Notes under the pieces: model-generated | Databases searched by the model: none | What the model was told of the DNA's origin: nothing | The model's input: the letters and a program-made list of their open reading frames with translations, nothing else | Assembly (NCBI GenBank): GCA_017513905.1 | Contig: JAFWMR010000003.1 | Coordinates: forward strand, 3,544 to 67,543 | DNA: 64,000 bases | Direction: 5' to 3' | Origin: Candidatus Saccharimonadota bacterium | GTDB taxonomy: Bacteria > Patescibacteriota > Saccharimonadia > Saccharimonadales > Saccharimonadaceae | Part shown: one piece after another, positions 54,890 through 64,000 of the stretch | Position numbering within the stretch: position 1 is the stretch's first letter | Layout: every line of letters starts with the position of its first letter | Position numbers and translations under genes: made by a program

Positions 54890-56839
54890 ATGTTTTATGA
54901 GGTGATACCTACGAAAATTTTTCGTAATAGTTCTGGCACTCTTACTTATTTTTCCGAAGCTGAACTACGCCCAGGGCACATCGTCATCATTCCTCTTGGC
55001 CATAACTCTTGTGTTGGGATAGTACTCAAAAAAGTCAAAAAACCCTCCTTCACCTGTAAACCCATCACCAAAATAGTCTACGACACCCCACTCCCATCGC
55101 ATCTAGTCAAAGCTTCGCTTTGGCTGTCATCTTACTATCTTTCCCCCCTCCCCACCTGCGCATCTCTCCTTCTTCCCATTGGAGTAGACAAAAAACGAAG
55201 GAGCTCCATCAGGCCGCCCATTGGAAGCATTGCAGGCCATCAACTGCCGAATATCGCACTCAATAATTCCCAATTAACGGCCATAAAGAAAATCAAATCT
55301 GTTTCTAGCACAACTAAACTCTTATACGGAGTTACCGGTTCCGGCAAAACTAACATCTATTTAAAATTGGCTTCAGATACTTTAGTACAAAACAAATCTG
55401 TCATTCTACTTGTTCCAGAAATTGCTTTAACATCACAACTCGTCCAAGTGTTTGAATCTACTTTTTCGCGCCAAATTACCTTAATCCATTCCAAACAAAC
55501 CGAAGCAGAACGTCACCTCATCTGGCAGTCACTGTTAAACTCTCCTGATCCGCAGATAGTCATTGGGCCTCGCTCCGCACTATTTGCTCCGCTGCATAAT
55601 CTCGGGCTCATTATCATCGACGAAGAACATGAATCTACTTATTATCAAGAAAACACACCCAAATATTCCGCTGTCCGCCTAGCTTCTTTTCTAGCAAGCA
55701 CGCTTAAAATCACTTGTCTCCTTGGCTCAGCCACACCACTTGTCTCCGACTTTTATCTAGCCAAATCCAAGCAATCCCTTGTTACTCTCACAAAAAAAGC
55801 TAAACAAACAGCCCTTAATCCGAAAATTAAATTAATTGATCTAACTTCACGTAGCTCTTTTAGTAAAAATCGCTATTTCTCAGATGAGCTCATCCAAACC
55901 ATATCAAGTAATCTAAACAATGGGTACCAAACTCTCATCTATCATAATCGCCGAGGCTCTGCGCCCATCACTATGTGCGAAAAATGTGGTTGGCAAGCCT
56001 TATGTCCAAATTGTTTCTTACCACTCACCTTACACTCTGATTCTTTTTCTCTTATCTGTCATACTTGTGGACATTCAGAAAAAATAGCTTCATCGTGCCC
56101 AGACTGTCACTACCCATCCATTGTTCACAAAGGCTTTGGTACTAAGCTACTAGAGGTTGAACTAAAGAAACTATTTCCAGACACTAAAATTGCTCGCTTC
56201 GACGCAGACAACAAGAAGAACGAATCTTTAAATATCCTTTATCCAGAAGTCCAAAACGGAAACATCAAAATCCTTATTGGTACACAAACCATCTCACGAG
56301 GTCTCGATCTACCACATTTAGCATCTATAGGTATCGTGCAAGCAGATTCCGGTCTCTTTCTTCCCGATTATTCTGCCGAAGAAAAAACATTCGAGTTACT
56401 CACTCAGGTCATTGGCCGAGTCGGTCGTGGTCATCTCAGCACCGCCTCAGTTATTATCCAATCTTATCAACCCGATTCAAAAGTCATTCAGCTCGCTCTA
56501 AAATCCGACTACCCAAATTTTTATAGCTATCTCATCGAAAAACGTCGTGCTGGGCATTTCCCACCTTTTTCTTACTTAGCAAAACTTGTCGTTGTTTACA
56601 AAACTGAACAAACCACCGTCAAAAAGATTCGCGAGCTAGCGTCTAGCCTGAACAACAAAATTGTTCAATTTCACCTAACCTCTATAAAAATGTCCCAACC
56701 CACACCATGTTTCCACGAACATACCTCCTCCGGTTGTTCATGGCAACTCATTCTAAAATCAACCTCAAGAGTTGAATTGGTCAAACTACTGAGTAACGTA
56801 GATGCCAAAATTACTCTAGATCCACCATCACTGTTATAA
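54890..56839 (+). CDS. priA: primosomal protein N' (PriA helicase)
   Basis: GVTGSGKT, IIIDEEHE, and a Cys-rich zinc-binding insert (CEKCGW..CPNC...C.TCG...CPDC). Confidence 0.9.
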   Translation: MFYEVIPTKIFRNSSGTLTYFSEAELRPGHIVIIPLGHNSCVGIVLKKVKKPSFTCKPITKIVYDTPLPSHLVKASLWLSSYYLSPLPTCASLLLPIGVDKKRRSSIRPPIGSIAGHQLPNIALNNSQLTAIKKIKSVSSTTKLLYGVTGSGKTNIYLKLASDTLVQNKSVILLVPEIALTSQLVQVFESTFSRQITLIHSKQTEAERHLIWQSLLNSPDPQIVIGPRSALFAPLHNLGLIIIDEEHESTYYQENTPKYSAVRLASFLASTLKITCLLGSATPLVSDFYLAKSKQSLVTLTKKAKQTALNPKIKLIDLTSRSSFSKNRYFSDELIQTISSNLNNGYQTLIYHNRRGSAPITMCEKCGWQALCPNCFLPLTLHSDSFSLICHTCGHSEKIASSCPDCHYPSIVHKGFGTKLLEVELKKLFPDTKIARFDADNKKNESLNILYPEVQNGNIKILIGTQTISRGLDLPHLASIGIVQADSGLFLPDYSAEEKTFELLTQVIGRVGRGHLSTASVIIQSYQPDSKVIQLALKSDYPNFYSYLIEKRRAGHFPPFSYLAKLVVVYKTEQTTVKKIRELASSLNNKIVQFHLTSIKMSQPTPCFHEHTSSGCSWQLILKSTSRVELVKLLSNVDAKITLDPPSLL

Positions 56840-56860
56840 TATGTTATAATAATAAACACG

Positions 56861-57436
56861 ATGAATATTTTAACTACACCTGATCCACGTCTCCGTATTA
56901 AATGCCGCAAAGTCAACAAAATCACCCCGGAAATTTCTGATATTATTTCTCAAATGCGCGATGCTTCCTTAGAATGGGAAGAATCTCATCCATACGAACT
57001 CTCAGCCGCTATGGCTGCACCACAGCTCGGCTTTGATCGCCGTATCATTATCATTCGCGACGATCTCGACGACAAGAAGAACACTAGTTTTACCGCCCTC
57101 ATCGATCCAGAAGTCATCAAAACCGATGGCAAGATAAAAAAAGACTACGAAGGATGTTTGTCCGTCCCGGCTATCTACGGTCTAGTCCCACGTCCTACAA
57201 AGGTCAAAATTAAAGCTCTTCTCGAGGACGGCACCCCAGTTCGTATCAAAGCTGAAGATTCCCTTGCTCGTACTCTCCTCCATGAAATAGATCATCTCAA
57301 CGGTATACTCTTCATCGATCATATCAAAGATGACGAAAAAGCTTTCTTCCGCATGAACGACAAGGGAGATCTTGAGCCAGTTGATTATTTAACCGAAATA
57401 GAAAACAATCCTGCACTTTGGGGCAAAGATGAATAA
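56861..57436 (+). CDS. def: peptide deformylase
   Basis: The EGCLS and HEIDHLNG motifs. Confidence 0.9.
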   Translation: MNILTTPDPRLRIKCRKVNKITPEISDIISQMRDASLEWEESHPYELSAAMAAPQLGFDRRIIIIRDDLDDKKNTSFTALIDPEVIKTDGKIKKDYEGCLSVPAIYGLVPRPTKVKIKALLEDGTPVRIKAEDSLARTLLHEIDHLNGILFIDHIKDDEKAFFRMNDKGDLEPVDYLTEIENNPALWGKDE

Positions 57437-58262
57437 GAGTAAGCCTAAAATTATTTTCTTTGGCAATGGTCGCCTTGCCGAATCCGCATTAGAAACGCTT
57501 GCACCGAACACCGATATTATATTTCACGCCAAAACTAAAGAAGATCTAGAAACCGTCAAGTCGCTTAAAAGAGAGAATCCAGATGCACTTGGTATACTTG
57601 CTTCTTTTGGTGTTATAATCAAACAAGACTGCTTAGAGCTCTTTGAGCCGGAAGGTATACTAAATATTCATCCTTCCCTATTGCCACTATATCGCGGAGC
57701 TTCACCCATCGAATCGGCCATCCTCGCTGGCGATTCCGACTTCTCTGTTTCTATTATGAAGCTAGTGCCCGCAATGGATGCCGGTCCAATTTACCACCAA
57801 GAGACATTCGTAAATCTTGAGCTCGATAAAAACAAGATATATAAAACACTAGCCATCGCCGGCGCCACTTGGCTAATTGAAAACCTCATCAATCTTCAAT
57901 CTTTTCACAAAAACCCAAATCAAAGCCTCTTCCCAGAGTATCACTCCCAAGACAATTCTAAAGCAACGTTCACTAAAAAAATGGATAAAGCTCAATCCTT
58001 CCTCACTCCGGAAACAGATTCTGCAAACACTACTCTACGCAAAATCATCGCTTTCCAAGATTACCCGAAACCTAAATACAACCTTTTTAATCAGGAAGTC
58101 ATCATATTATCTGCGCATATAGAAAAGAATTATCCAGAAAGTATAAACAATTTATCCATCAAATGCGCTGACGGTCAACGCATTATTATCGACCGTCTTC
58201 AGCCGACTTCCCGCAAGCCCATGGACGCTAAATCATTTCTAAACGGTCTAGCAAACAAATAA
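57429..58262 (+). CDS. fmt: methionyl-tRNA formyltransferase (short form)
   Basis: IIFFGNG..., NIHPSLLPLYRGASPI. It overlaps the def stop codon. Confidence 0.85.
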   Translation: MNKSKPKIIFFGNGRLAESALETLAPNTDIIFHAKTKEDLETVKSLKRENPDALGILASFGVIIKQDCLELFEPEGILNIHPSLLPLYRGASPIESAILAGDSDFSVSIMKLVPAMDAGPIYHQETFVNLELDKNKIYKTLAIAGATWLIENLINLQSFHKNPNQSLFPEYHSQDNSKATFTKKMDKAQSFLTPETDSANTTLRKIIAFQDYPKPKYNLFNQEVIILSAHIEKNYPESINNLSIKCADGQRIIIDRLQPTSRKPMDAKSFLNGLANK

Positions 58263-58269
58263 AAACATT

Positions 58270-58560
58270 TTATCCGAGTATTTTATCTCGGTTTTTCGCG
58301 ATTTCTTCCTTAAGATCGGCAATCGTTTGATCTACAATTTCTCTGTAGTTAGGCTTATTTTCATTTAGCCATCTTTCCGTCTCTTCATCAGTTTTCGCCT
58401 CCTCAAACTCGCGCATCTTTTCCTCTGTCATACCGGCAGCAATTTCTTCACCGACACGAACCTCTAACTCTTCCTGAGCATACTCCAAAAACGCTTTCTT
58501 CTGTTCCTCCGGCATAGCCGAAAGTCCCACTTCTCTCAGAAAACCTTCATTTATTTCCAT
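58270..58560 (-). CDS. hypothetical acidic helical protein (96 aa)
   Basis: Clean ORF downstream of infB. I can name no motif with confidence. Confidence 0.55.
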   Translation of the reverse strand: MEINEGFLREVGLSAMPEEQKKAFLEYAQEELEVRVGEEIAAGMTEEKMREFEEAKTDEETERWLNENKPNYREIVDQTIADLKEEIAKNRDKILG

Positions 58561-58578
58561 TTATACCTCCCTTTTGGT

Positions 58579-60354
58579 TTAAAGTTTTCTCTTCTTTACC
58601 TCTCTCGTAAAGAACTTTAATCTATCGCCAATCTCAAGCGTCAAACGCTTAACGAGTTTCAAAGCAATACCACCCGTTTCCCCAGCAATTAATGAATCTA
58701 CAGCCATCTTTTCTTTCTGCACACTCTCAACTTCAACTTCGCCAATTACTTCTTTATTGTGCACAACCCTAGCGAGCATTTTCGGCTTCACTTCCCCTTT
58801 TAATACCTCTCCACCAGCAATAATCGAGGTGCGCTCTGTTCTAAATACACCAAGCACCTTCATCTCGCCTTTGTCCTCTTCGATAATCTCCGAAGGCAAC
58901 AACTCTTCCATTTCGCTCTTTGCATCATCTAGCAATTCATAAATAACACGATAATTTTTTATTTTAACATTATCGCGTGCAGCCATTTTCGCAATATTCG
59001 TTGGAACATTCACATTGAAACCATAAATAACAGTCTCACCTCCTTCGGCCATATAAACATCGTTTTCAGTAACATCACCAACACCTGTGGCGACAATATT
59101 CAACGTAATCTCGCCGCCGGTATCAATCATCTTCAAAGAATCTACAACAGATGTTACTGATCCAAGCACATCTCCTTTAATAATCACATTGAAAACCTTC
59201 GAATTATCCGCAACGTTCATCATTCGTAACAAATCATTAGATGTGACGTTCGCACTAGCATTGGCATTTTGTGCTACTTGCGCATTCAAAAGCGCCATCT
59301 TGCGTGCCGTTTTTTCATCTGCCACCTCTACGAAAGAATCACCAAAGTTAGGTAAATCTTTAAACCCAGTTACAGTCACGGGAGTCGATGGCGTAGCTTT
59401 CCCCTTTGGCCTACCGCGAAAATCAAGCATAGTTCGAACCTTCCCATATGTAGTCCCGGCTACGATAAATTCGCCTGTTTTTAACTCACCACCAGTCACA
59501 AGCAGGTTCACCACAGAACCCTTCCCGATTTCCATATGGCTCTCTATTACGAGGCCTTCGCTAGGAATATCTATATCAGCTTTCAACTCCTCAATGTCAG
59601 AAGTCAAAAGGACCATGTCAAGCAATTTATCTAGATTGTCACCTCTTTTCGCAGAAATCGGCACCATCGTAATATCTCCGCCCCACTCTTCAGGCTGAAG
59701 TCCATGCTGAGAAAGATCAGCCATCGTCCTAGGTACATCAGCACCTTCACGATCAATCTTGTTAATGGCGACTATAATCTTTGCGTTGGCGCTCTGAGCG
59801 AATTTGATTGCTTCAATCGTTTGTGGCTTTACGCCATCATCTGCCGCCACTACTATAACTACAATATCCGTGAGCATAGCACCATGTTGACGTATCGCCG
59901 CGAAAGCTTCATGTCCAGGCGTGTCCAAAAAAGTAATCTTTCTTCCCTCGTAATCTAGCTGATACGCAGAAATATGTTGCGTAATTCCTCCAGCTTCAGC
60001 TTCAACAGTTTTTTTCTTCAGCAAAGTATCAAGTAGGGTAGTCTTACCATGGTCAACATGCCCCATCACAGCCACTACTGGTGGGCGCCCCACAGCTTTA
60101 TCAGAAAGCTCATGCCTATGTTCCGAAGTTTGTGTAGCTGTGTTCTTCTTCTCAAGCCTCACATTCTTTATATTCAACTCGTCCAAAATAATCGACGCTG
60201 TATCGAAGTCTAATCTTTGATTAATTGTCGCTACAATCCCCTCTTTAAACAGCTCGCCGATCAAACTAGTCACAGAAAGACCGAGCGCTTTTGCAAGCTC
60301 GTCAACAGTAATTGAACCAGCAATTTGAATCACCTTTGTGTCTGCATCTACCAT
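58579..60354 (-). CDS. infB: translation initiation factor IF-2 (short N-terminus)
   Basis: GHVDHGKTTLLD, DTPGH and NKID. The ATG at 60354 has an AAAGGAG SD 8 nt upstream. The ORF-track start at 60480 would overlap the divergent ABC gene. Confidence 0.9.
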   Translation of the reverse strand: MVDADTKVIQIAGSITVDELAKALGLSVTSLIGELFKEGIVATINQRLDFDTASIILDELNIKNVRLEKKNTATQTSEHRHELSDKAVGRPPVVAVMGHVDHGKTTLLDTLLKKKTVEAEAGGITQHISAYQLDYEGRKITFLDTPGHEAFAAIRQHGAMLTDIVVIVVAADDGVKPQTIEAIKFAQSANAKIIVAINKIDREGADVPRTMADLSQHGLQPEEWGGDITMVPISAKRGDNLDKLLDMVLLTSDIEELKADIDIPSEGLVIESHMEIGKGSVVNLLVTGGELKTGEFIVAGTTYGKVRTMLDFRGRPKGKATPSTPVTVTGFKDLPNFGDSFVEVADEKTARKMALLNAQVAQNANASANVTSNDLLRMMNVADNSKVFNVIIKGDVLGSVTSVVDSLKMIDTGGEITLNIVATGVGDVTENDVYMAEGGETVIYGFNVNVPTNIAKMAARDNVKIKNYRVIYELLDDAKSEMEELLPSEIIEEDKGEMKVLGVFRTERTSIIAGGEVLKGEVKPKMLARVVHNKEVIGEVEVESVQKEKMAVDSLIAGETGGIALKLVKRLTLEIGDRLKFFTREVKKRKL

Positions 60355-60453
60355 CAAAAACGCTCCTTTCTCAATAATATCTTTATATTTTACCACAAAC
60401 TCTGTTTTTAAACAATCTTCACCGCTTCTTTCTAGCGATGTATAATAAAGCTC

Positions 60454-61176
60454 ATGAAAAATATTGTAGAAATTAAACACTTTCGCATGGATTTTAGTAG
60501 CAAAACCGTCATTCGCGATCTATCTTTCGATGTTAAGGCCGGAGAAATCTTTGGTTTCCTCGGTAGCAATGGTTCCGGAAAGACCACTACTCTTCGTGCT
60601 CTTCTCGGTTTCTATACGCCAACTTCTGGAGAACTTCTTATTGACGGTAAACCATACGATCCAGAACATAGCAATATAACCGTAGGTTACCTTCCCGAAG
60701 AACGCGGCCTTTATCGCAAGGAGACAGTTCTTGATACTCTTGTTTACTTCGGCAAGCTCAAAGGAATCAATGACCCAGTTAGATGGTCGACTAAATATCT
60801 CTCTCGCGTTGGCCTCTTAGATAAATCTAAAGAAAAACTCGAGAAGTTATCTGGTGGGCAACAACAGAAAGTTCAGCTCGGCGTCACTATCATGAATAAC
60901 CCCAAGCTCCTCATACTCGACGAACCAACTAAAGGATTCGATCCCGTAAATCGCCGTTTGTTAATGGATATCATAGATGAACTCCACCAAAAAGGTACCG
61001 CTGTTATACTTATTACACACTATATGGACGAAGTTGAAAAACTTTGCGATCGAGCCATTCTTTTGAAAGATGGGGTCGCACATGCGTACGGAACCATACC
61101 AGAGATAAGGAGACAGTTTAAAGGCAAAACACTTGACCAAATATTCGTACAAGTTTATGGAGGTAAAAATGATTAA
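60454..61176 (+). CDS. ABC transporter ATP-binding protein
   Basis: GSNGSGKTT, LSGGQQQK and LILDEPT. Confidence 0.9.
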   Translation: MKNIVEIKHFRMDFSSKTVIRDLSFDVKAGEIFGFLGSNGSGKTTTLRALLGFYTPTSGELLIDGKPYDPEHSNITVGYLPEERGLYRKETVLDTLVYFGKLKGINDPVRWSTKYLSRVGLLDKSKEKLEKLSGGQQQKVQLGVTIMNNPKLLILDEPTKGFDPVNRRLLMDIIDELHQKGTAVILITHYMDEVEKLCDRAILLKDGVAHAYGTIPEIRRQFKGKTLDQIFVQVYGGKND

Positions 61177-62377
61177 GTTAAGAAATAAAGCCACGGCTAC
61201 TGTTACCAAATTCGAATTTATCCGCCAAATTAAAAAGCCGTCCTTCTGGGCATCTATCATTCTCATTCCTGTGTTAATGTGTGGCATAGGCGTCTTCTCT
61301 TTTTTCATAAGTAGCGACACGGCTTCAAAAATAGATCAATACAACGAGGATTCGACCATAGCCGTCATCGACAAGGCTAAACTTCTTCCAGAACAAGCTC
61401 CGTTCATTGTTAATGGCGATCTTAACGACGGAATCACGATGGTTAAAGACCAAACTGTTGATTTATTCTTTTATATCCCCTCCAACTTTTCCGAATCAAA
61501 AGAAATCGAATTCTATCACGTTTCTGAGGGCATTGATATATTCGGAAGCGAAAGTAACGCCATTAGGGTCATTCTTAACCAATACCTTTCTCAAAACCTA
61601 GACGAAGCTACCGTTATGGCTATCACCGGCAACTTTAGTGTCGCCGATAACCCTCTAACTAATACCGGCGAGCCATCCAATGCTCTTGGTCGCACTATAA
61701 TTCCGCTTGTTTTCCTTATTATCTTTTTCCTCTTTGTCTGTCTTTTTGGCAATCGTTTGCTCATGACAGTTGTAGAAGAAAAAGAAAATCGCATCAGCGA
61801 AATGATTCTAACAAGCGTATCCGCCAAACATCTAATTATCGGCAAAATTTTTGCCATGTGCCTCTTAGGCGTTATTCAAATTCTTGCGTTCGTCATCCCC
61901 GCCATTATCTTAATTTTCATTTTTAGAGATAACGCCATCATTAGCCAAATTCTCTCCATTATAGAACTCGACCCCATGGACCTCATCCTATCCATAATCC
62001 TTTTCGGCTTCTCTATTCTATTCATTATTGGCACTTGTACTTTTATAGGAGCCATCTCCCCTACCGCTCGCGACGCATCACAATTTATTGCTCCTGTCAT
62101 CGTCGGGACTATGTTTCCACTTTACTTCGTACAGTCCTTCTTTGTTCAGGATCCAAGTATCATGGTAGAAATCCTCACCTATTTCCCGTTCTCTGCACCC
62201 ATGGCTCTTATGCTTCGCAGCGCTTTTGGCACCCTCACTACAATTCAACTCATCATTGGGATTGGCGAGATTGCACTACTAAGCTTTCTTACTGTTCACC
62301 TTACCGTCCATACTTTTATCAAAAATGCAATCAATTTCAATATTGTCTTTCCGGCTTTCTTATCTAGAAAACAATAA
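61169..62377 (+). CDS. ABC-2-type transporter permease
   Basis: One N-terminal TM, a large loop, then 5 TM helices. GGAGG SD before the ATG at 61169, which overlaps the stop of the ATPase gene. Confidence 0.8.
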   Translation: MIKLRNKATATVTKFEFIRQIKKPSFWASIILIPVLMCGIGVFSFFISSDTASKIDQYNEDSTIAVIDKAKLLPEQAPFIVNGDLNDGITMVKDQTVDLFFYIPSNFSESKEIEFYHVSEGIDIFGSESNAIRVILNQYLSQNLDEATVMAITGNFSVADNPLTNTGEPSNALGRTIIPLVFLIIFFLFVCLFGNRLLMTVVEEKENRISEMILTSVSAKHLIIGKIFAMCLLGVIQILAFVIPAIILIFIFRDNAIISQILSIIELDPMDLILSIILFGFSILFIIGTCTFIGAISPTARDASQFIAPVIVGTMFPLYFVQSFFVQDPSIMVEILTYFPFSAPMALMLRSAFGTLTTIQLIIGIGEIALLSFLTVHLTVHTFIKNAINFNIVFPAFLSRKQ

Positions 62378-62413
62378 ACCGCGAAAACAATTGTAATTCA
62401 TATCAGCACGCTT

Positions 62414-64000
62414 CTATTTAAAGAGATCTTTTAAGATTTTATTCGTAATCTTGCGCCCTGCAGCGCTTCCAATCGAACCAACAACATTGCCTAGGAATCT
62501 ATCAGCTAACGTCTTCGAGCTCGATTTCGTAGTACGCGCAGGAGTCGTTCGCCTTGCTCGTTCTCTTTCTGCGACCGCACGTTCTTTTTCCGCCTTTTCT
62601 GCAGCTTTCCTGGCCGCTACGCGCTCTTTCTCCTCTAATTTTGCTCGTTCTCTCTCCGCCTTCGCTTCGGCCTTTTCAGCCTCTTTTCGAGCCTTCTCTG
62701 CTAATAATGCCTCTTTTTCTGCCTGAGCCTCAGCTACTTTTGTTTCTGTCCTCTGCATAATTATCTCCGAAGCCGACTCGGGATCTTCCGCTTCATCATA
62801 TTTTCCTGCTAATGCACTCATGTTAACAATCTTATTTCGAGTCAAATCGTCAATAGCTCCCATCTTACTCTGAGGAGGAAGAATTGTCGCCATCTCCACT
62901 ACTTCTGGGGCTCCTTTTTCATCTAAAAACGATATAAGTGCCTCTCCAGTTCCCAGTTCCAAAATAGCCTGGTCTGTCTTAAAAGCTGGATTAGCCCTAA
63001 AAGCGTCAGCAGCAACCTTAACCGCCTTTTGTTCCGAAGGCGTATAGGCCCTCAAGGAATGCTGTACTCTATTTCCCAGCTGCGCCAAAATCTCATCGGG
63101 AATATCAGCAGGACTCTGCGAAATGAAGTAAAGTCCTATTCCCCTTGAACGAATCAATTTTACAATCTGAGCAATCCTTTTTAGACGATACGCAGGCATA
63201 CCATTGAACAACAGATGTGCTTCATCAAAGAAAAATACAAGCTTCGGCTTATCCAAATCACCTACTTCAGGCGAGTTAGAAAATAATGACGATAACAACC
63301 ACAGCAAGAACGCAGCATACATATCAGGGCTCTCGAATAGCTTAACGGCATGCAAGATGTTAATTATCCCTCGCCCATCAGGCTCCGTCGCAGAGAAATC
63401 ATTTATTTTGAGTGCTGGTTGTCCAAAGAAATGGTTTGCGCCTTGATTCTCGAGCGTTAAAAGCGATCTTTGAATCACACCTATACTTTGCGGCGTAATA
63501 TTACCATATTTAACTGTATATTGATCTTTATTCTCACTAACATACGCAAGCACTGCCCTTAGATCTTTCAGGTCAATGAGCGCTAAATTTTCATCCCTTG
63601 CTATAGCAAACGCAACCGCAAGATTCCCTTCCTGCGCTTCGGAAAGTCCCAGCATAATCGACAACACTTCTGGGCCGACCGATTCAACCGTTGCCCGCAA
63701 AGGGTGTCCTGACTGACCATACAAATCCCAAAACCTCACTGGAAACGCCTTAGCTTCAAACTTTTTTATAGCGAGCTTATCTAGTCGTTTCTGGATACTA
63801 TCATTTACTTCCCCAGTAACTGCCGTTCCTGCAAGATCACCTTTCACGTCCGCGAGAAAAACAGGTACTCCTGCATCTGAAAAGCTCTCTGCCATTACTT
63901 TGAGTGTAATAGTTTTGCCAGAACCGCTCGCTCCAGTAATCACACCGTGTCGATTCCCCATTTGTGGCAAAATCATCAATTCCTTACCGTCTTTCGTTTT
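62414..64000 (-). CDS. HerA/DUF853-like P-loop NTPase with an Ala/Glu/Lys coiled-coil tail; the N-terminus runs off the window
   Basis: NRHGVITGASGSGKT Walker A and FFFDEAHLLF Walker B. The frame remains open to nt 64000. Confidence 0.8.
   Translation of the reverse strand, partial: KTKDGKELMILPQMGNRHGVITGASGSGKTITLKVMAESFSDAGVPVFLADVKGDLAGTAVTGEVNDSIQKRLDKLAIKKFEAKAFPVRFWDLYGQSGHPLRATVESVGPEVLSIMLGLSEAQEGNLAVAFAIARDENLALIDLKDLRAVLAYVSENKDQYTVKYGNITPQSIGVIQRSLLTLENQGANHFFGQPALKINDFSATEPDGRGIINILHAVKLFESPDMYAAFLLWLLSSLFSNSPEVGDLDKPKLVFFFDEAHLLFNGMPAYRLKRIAQIVKLIRSRGIGLYFISQSPADIPDEILAQLGNRVQHSLRAYTPSEQKAVKVAADAFRANPAFKTDQAILELGTGEALISFLDEKGAPEVVEMATILPPQSKMGAIDDLTRNKIVNMSALAGKYDEAEDPESASEIIMQRTETKVAEAQAEKEALLAEKARKEAEKAEAKAERERAKLEEKERVAARKAAEKAEKERAVAERERARRTTPARTTKSSSKTLADRFLGNVVGSIGSAAGRKITNKILKDLFK

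Overview
This is a compact, gene-dense bacterial window that is moderately AT-rich and uses standard code 11, with TGA, TAA and TAG all serving as stops. Gene content and style point to a Patescibacteria/CPR genome, probably Saccharibacteria-like. The supporting features are a minimal split dcw cluster, a sigma-region-4/HARE-HTH protein, a VirD4-like ATPase, an LPXTG surface protein and many lysine-rich protein tails. This taxon call is inference only. Most of the window is housekeeping: ppa, rarA, pth, dprA, topA, ftsQ-murG-ftsW-mraY-ftsI, ligA, htpX, lemA, rsmH-ftsL, pcrA, murA, rnhA, relA/spoT, parAB, rplU, ftsA, map, adk, rpsU, recJ, priA, def, fmt, infB and an ABC transporter. Six regions are not ordinary. 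(1) A roughly 5 kb island sits next to tRNA-Gly(GCC). It is driven by a large serine recombinase and carries only unknown genes, including a four-zinc-ribbon PD-(D/E)XK-like nuclease and a 108-nt C-free tract. This is my best candidate for an undescribed accessory or defence module. (2) An orphan transcription unit of about 330 nt has a near-consensus promoter, a 21-bp terminator stem and no credible ORF. I read it as an unidentified structured RNA. (3) Two unusually long, hairpin-rich non-coding segments flank rsmH. (4) At least 12 genes have a TGnTATAAT box 5-9 nt upstream of the start codon, which implies leaderless mRNAs. This set includes a palindromic shared -10 between rnhA and relA. 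(5) An HTH-MurA fusion and an orphan gene that may be KwaB/DUF4868-like lie close together. (6) A tightly coupled surface-protein operon contains PT-rich tandem repeats. I saw no CRISPR array, rRNA, reverse transcriptase or transposase.
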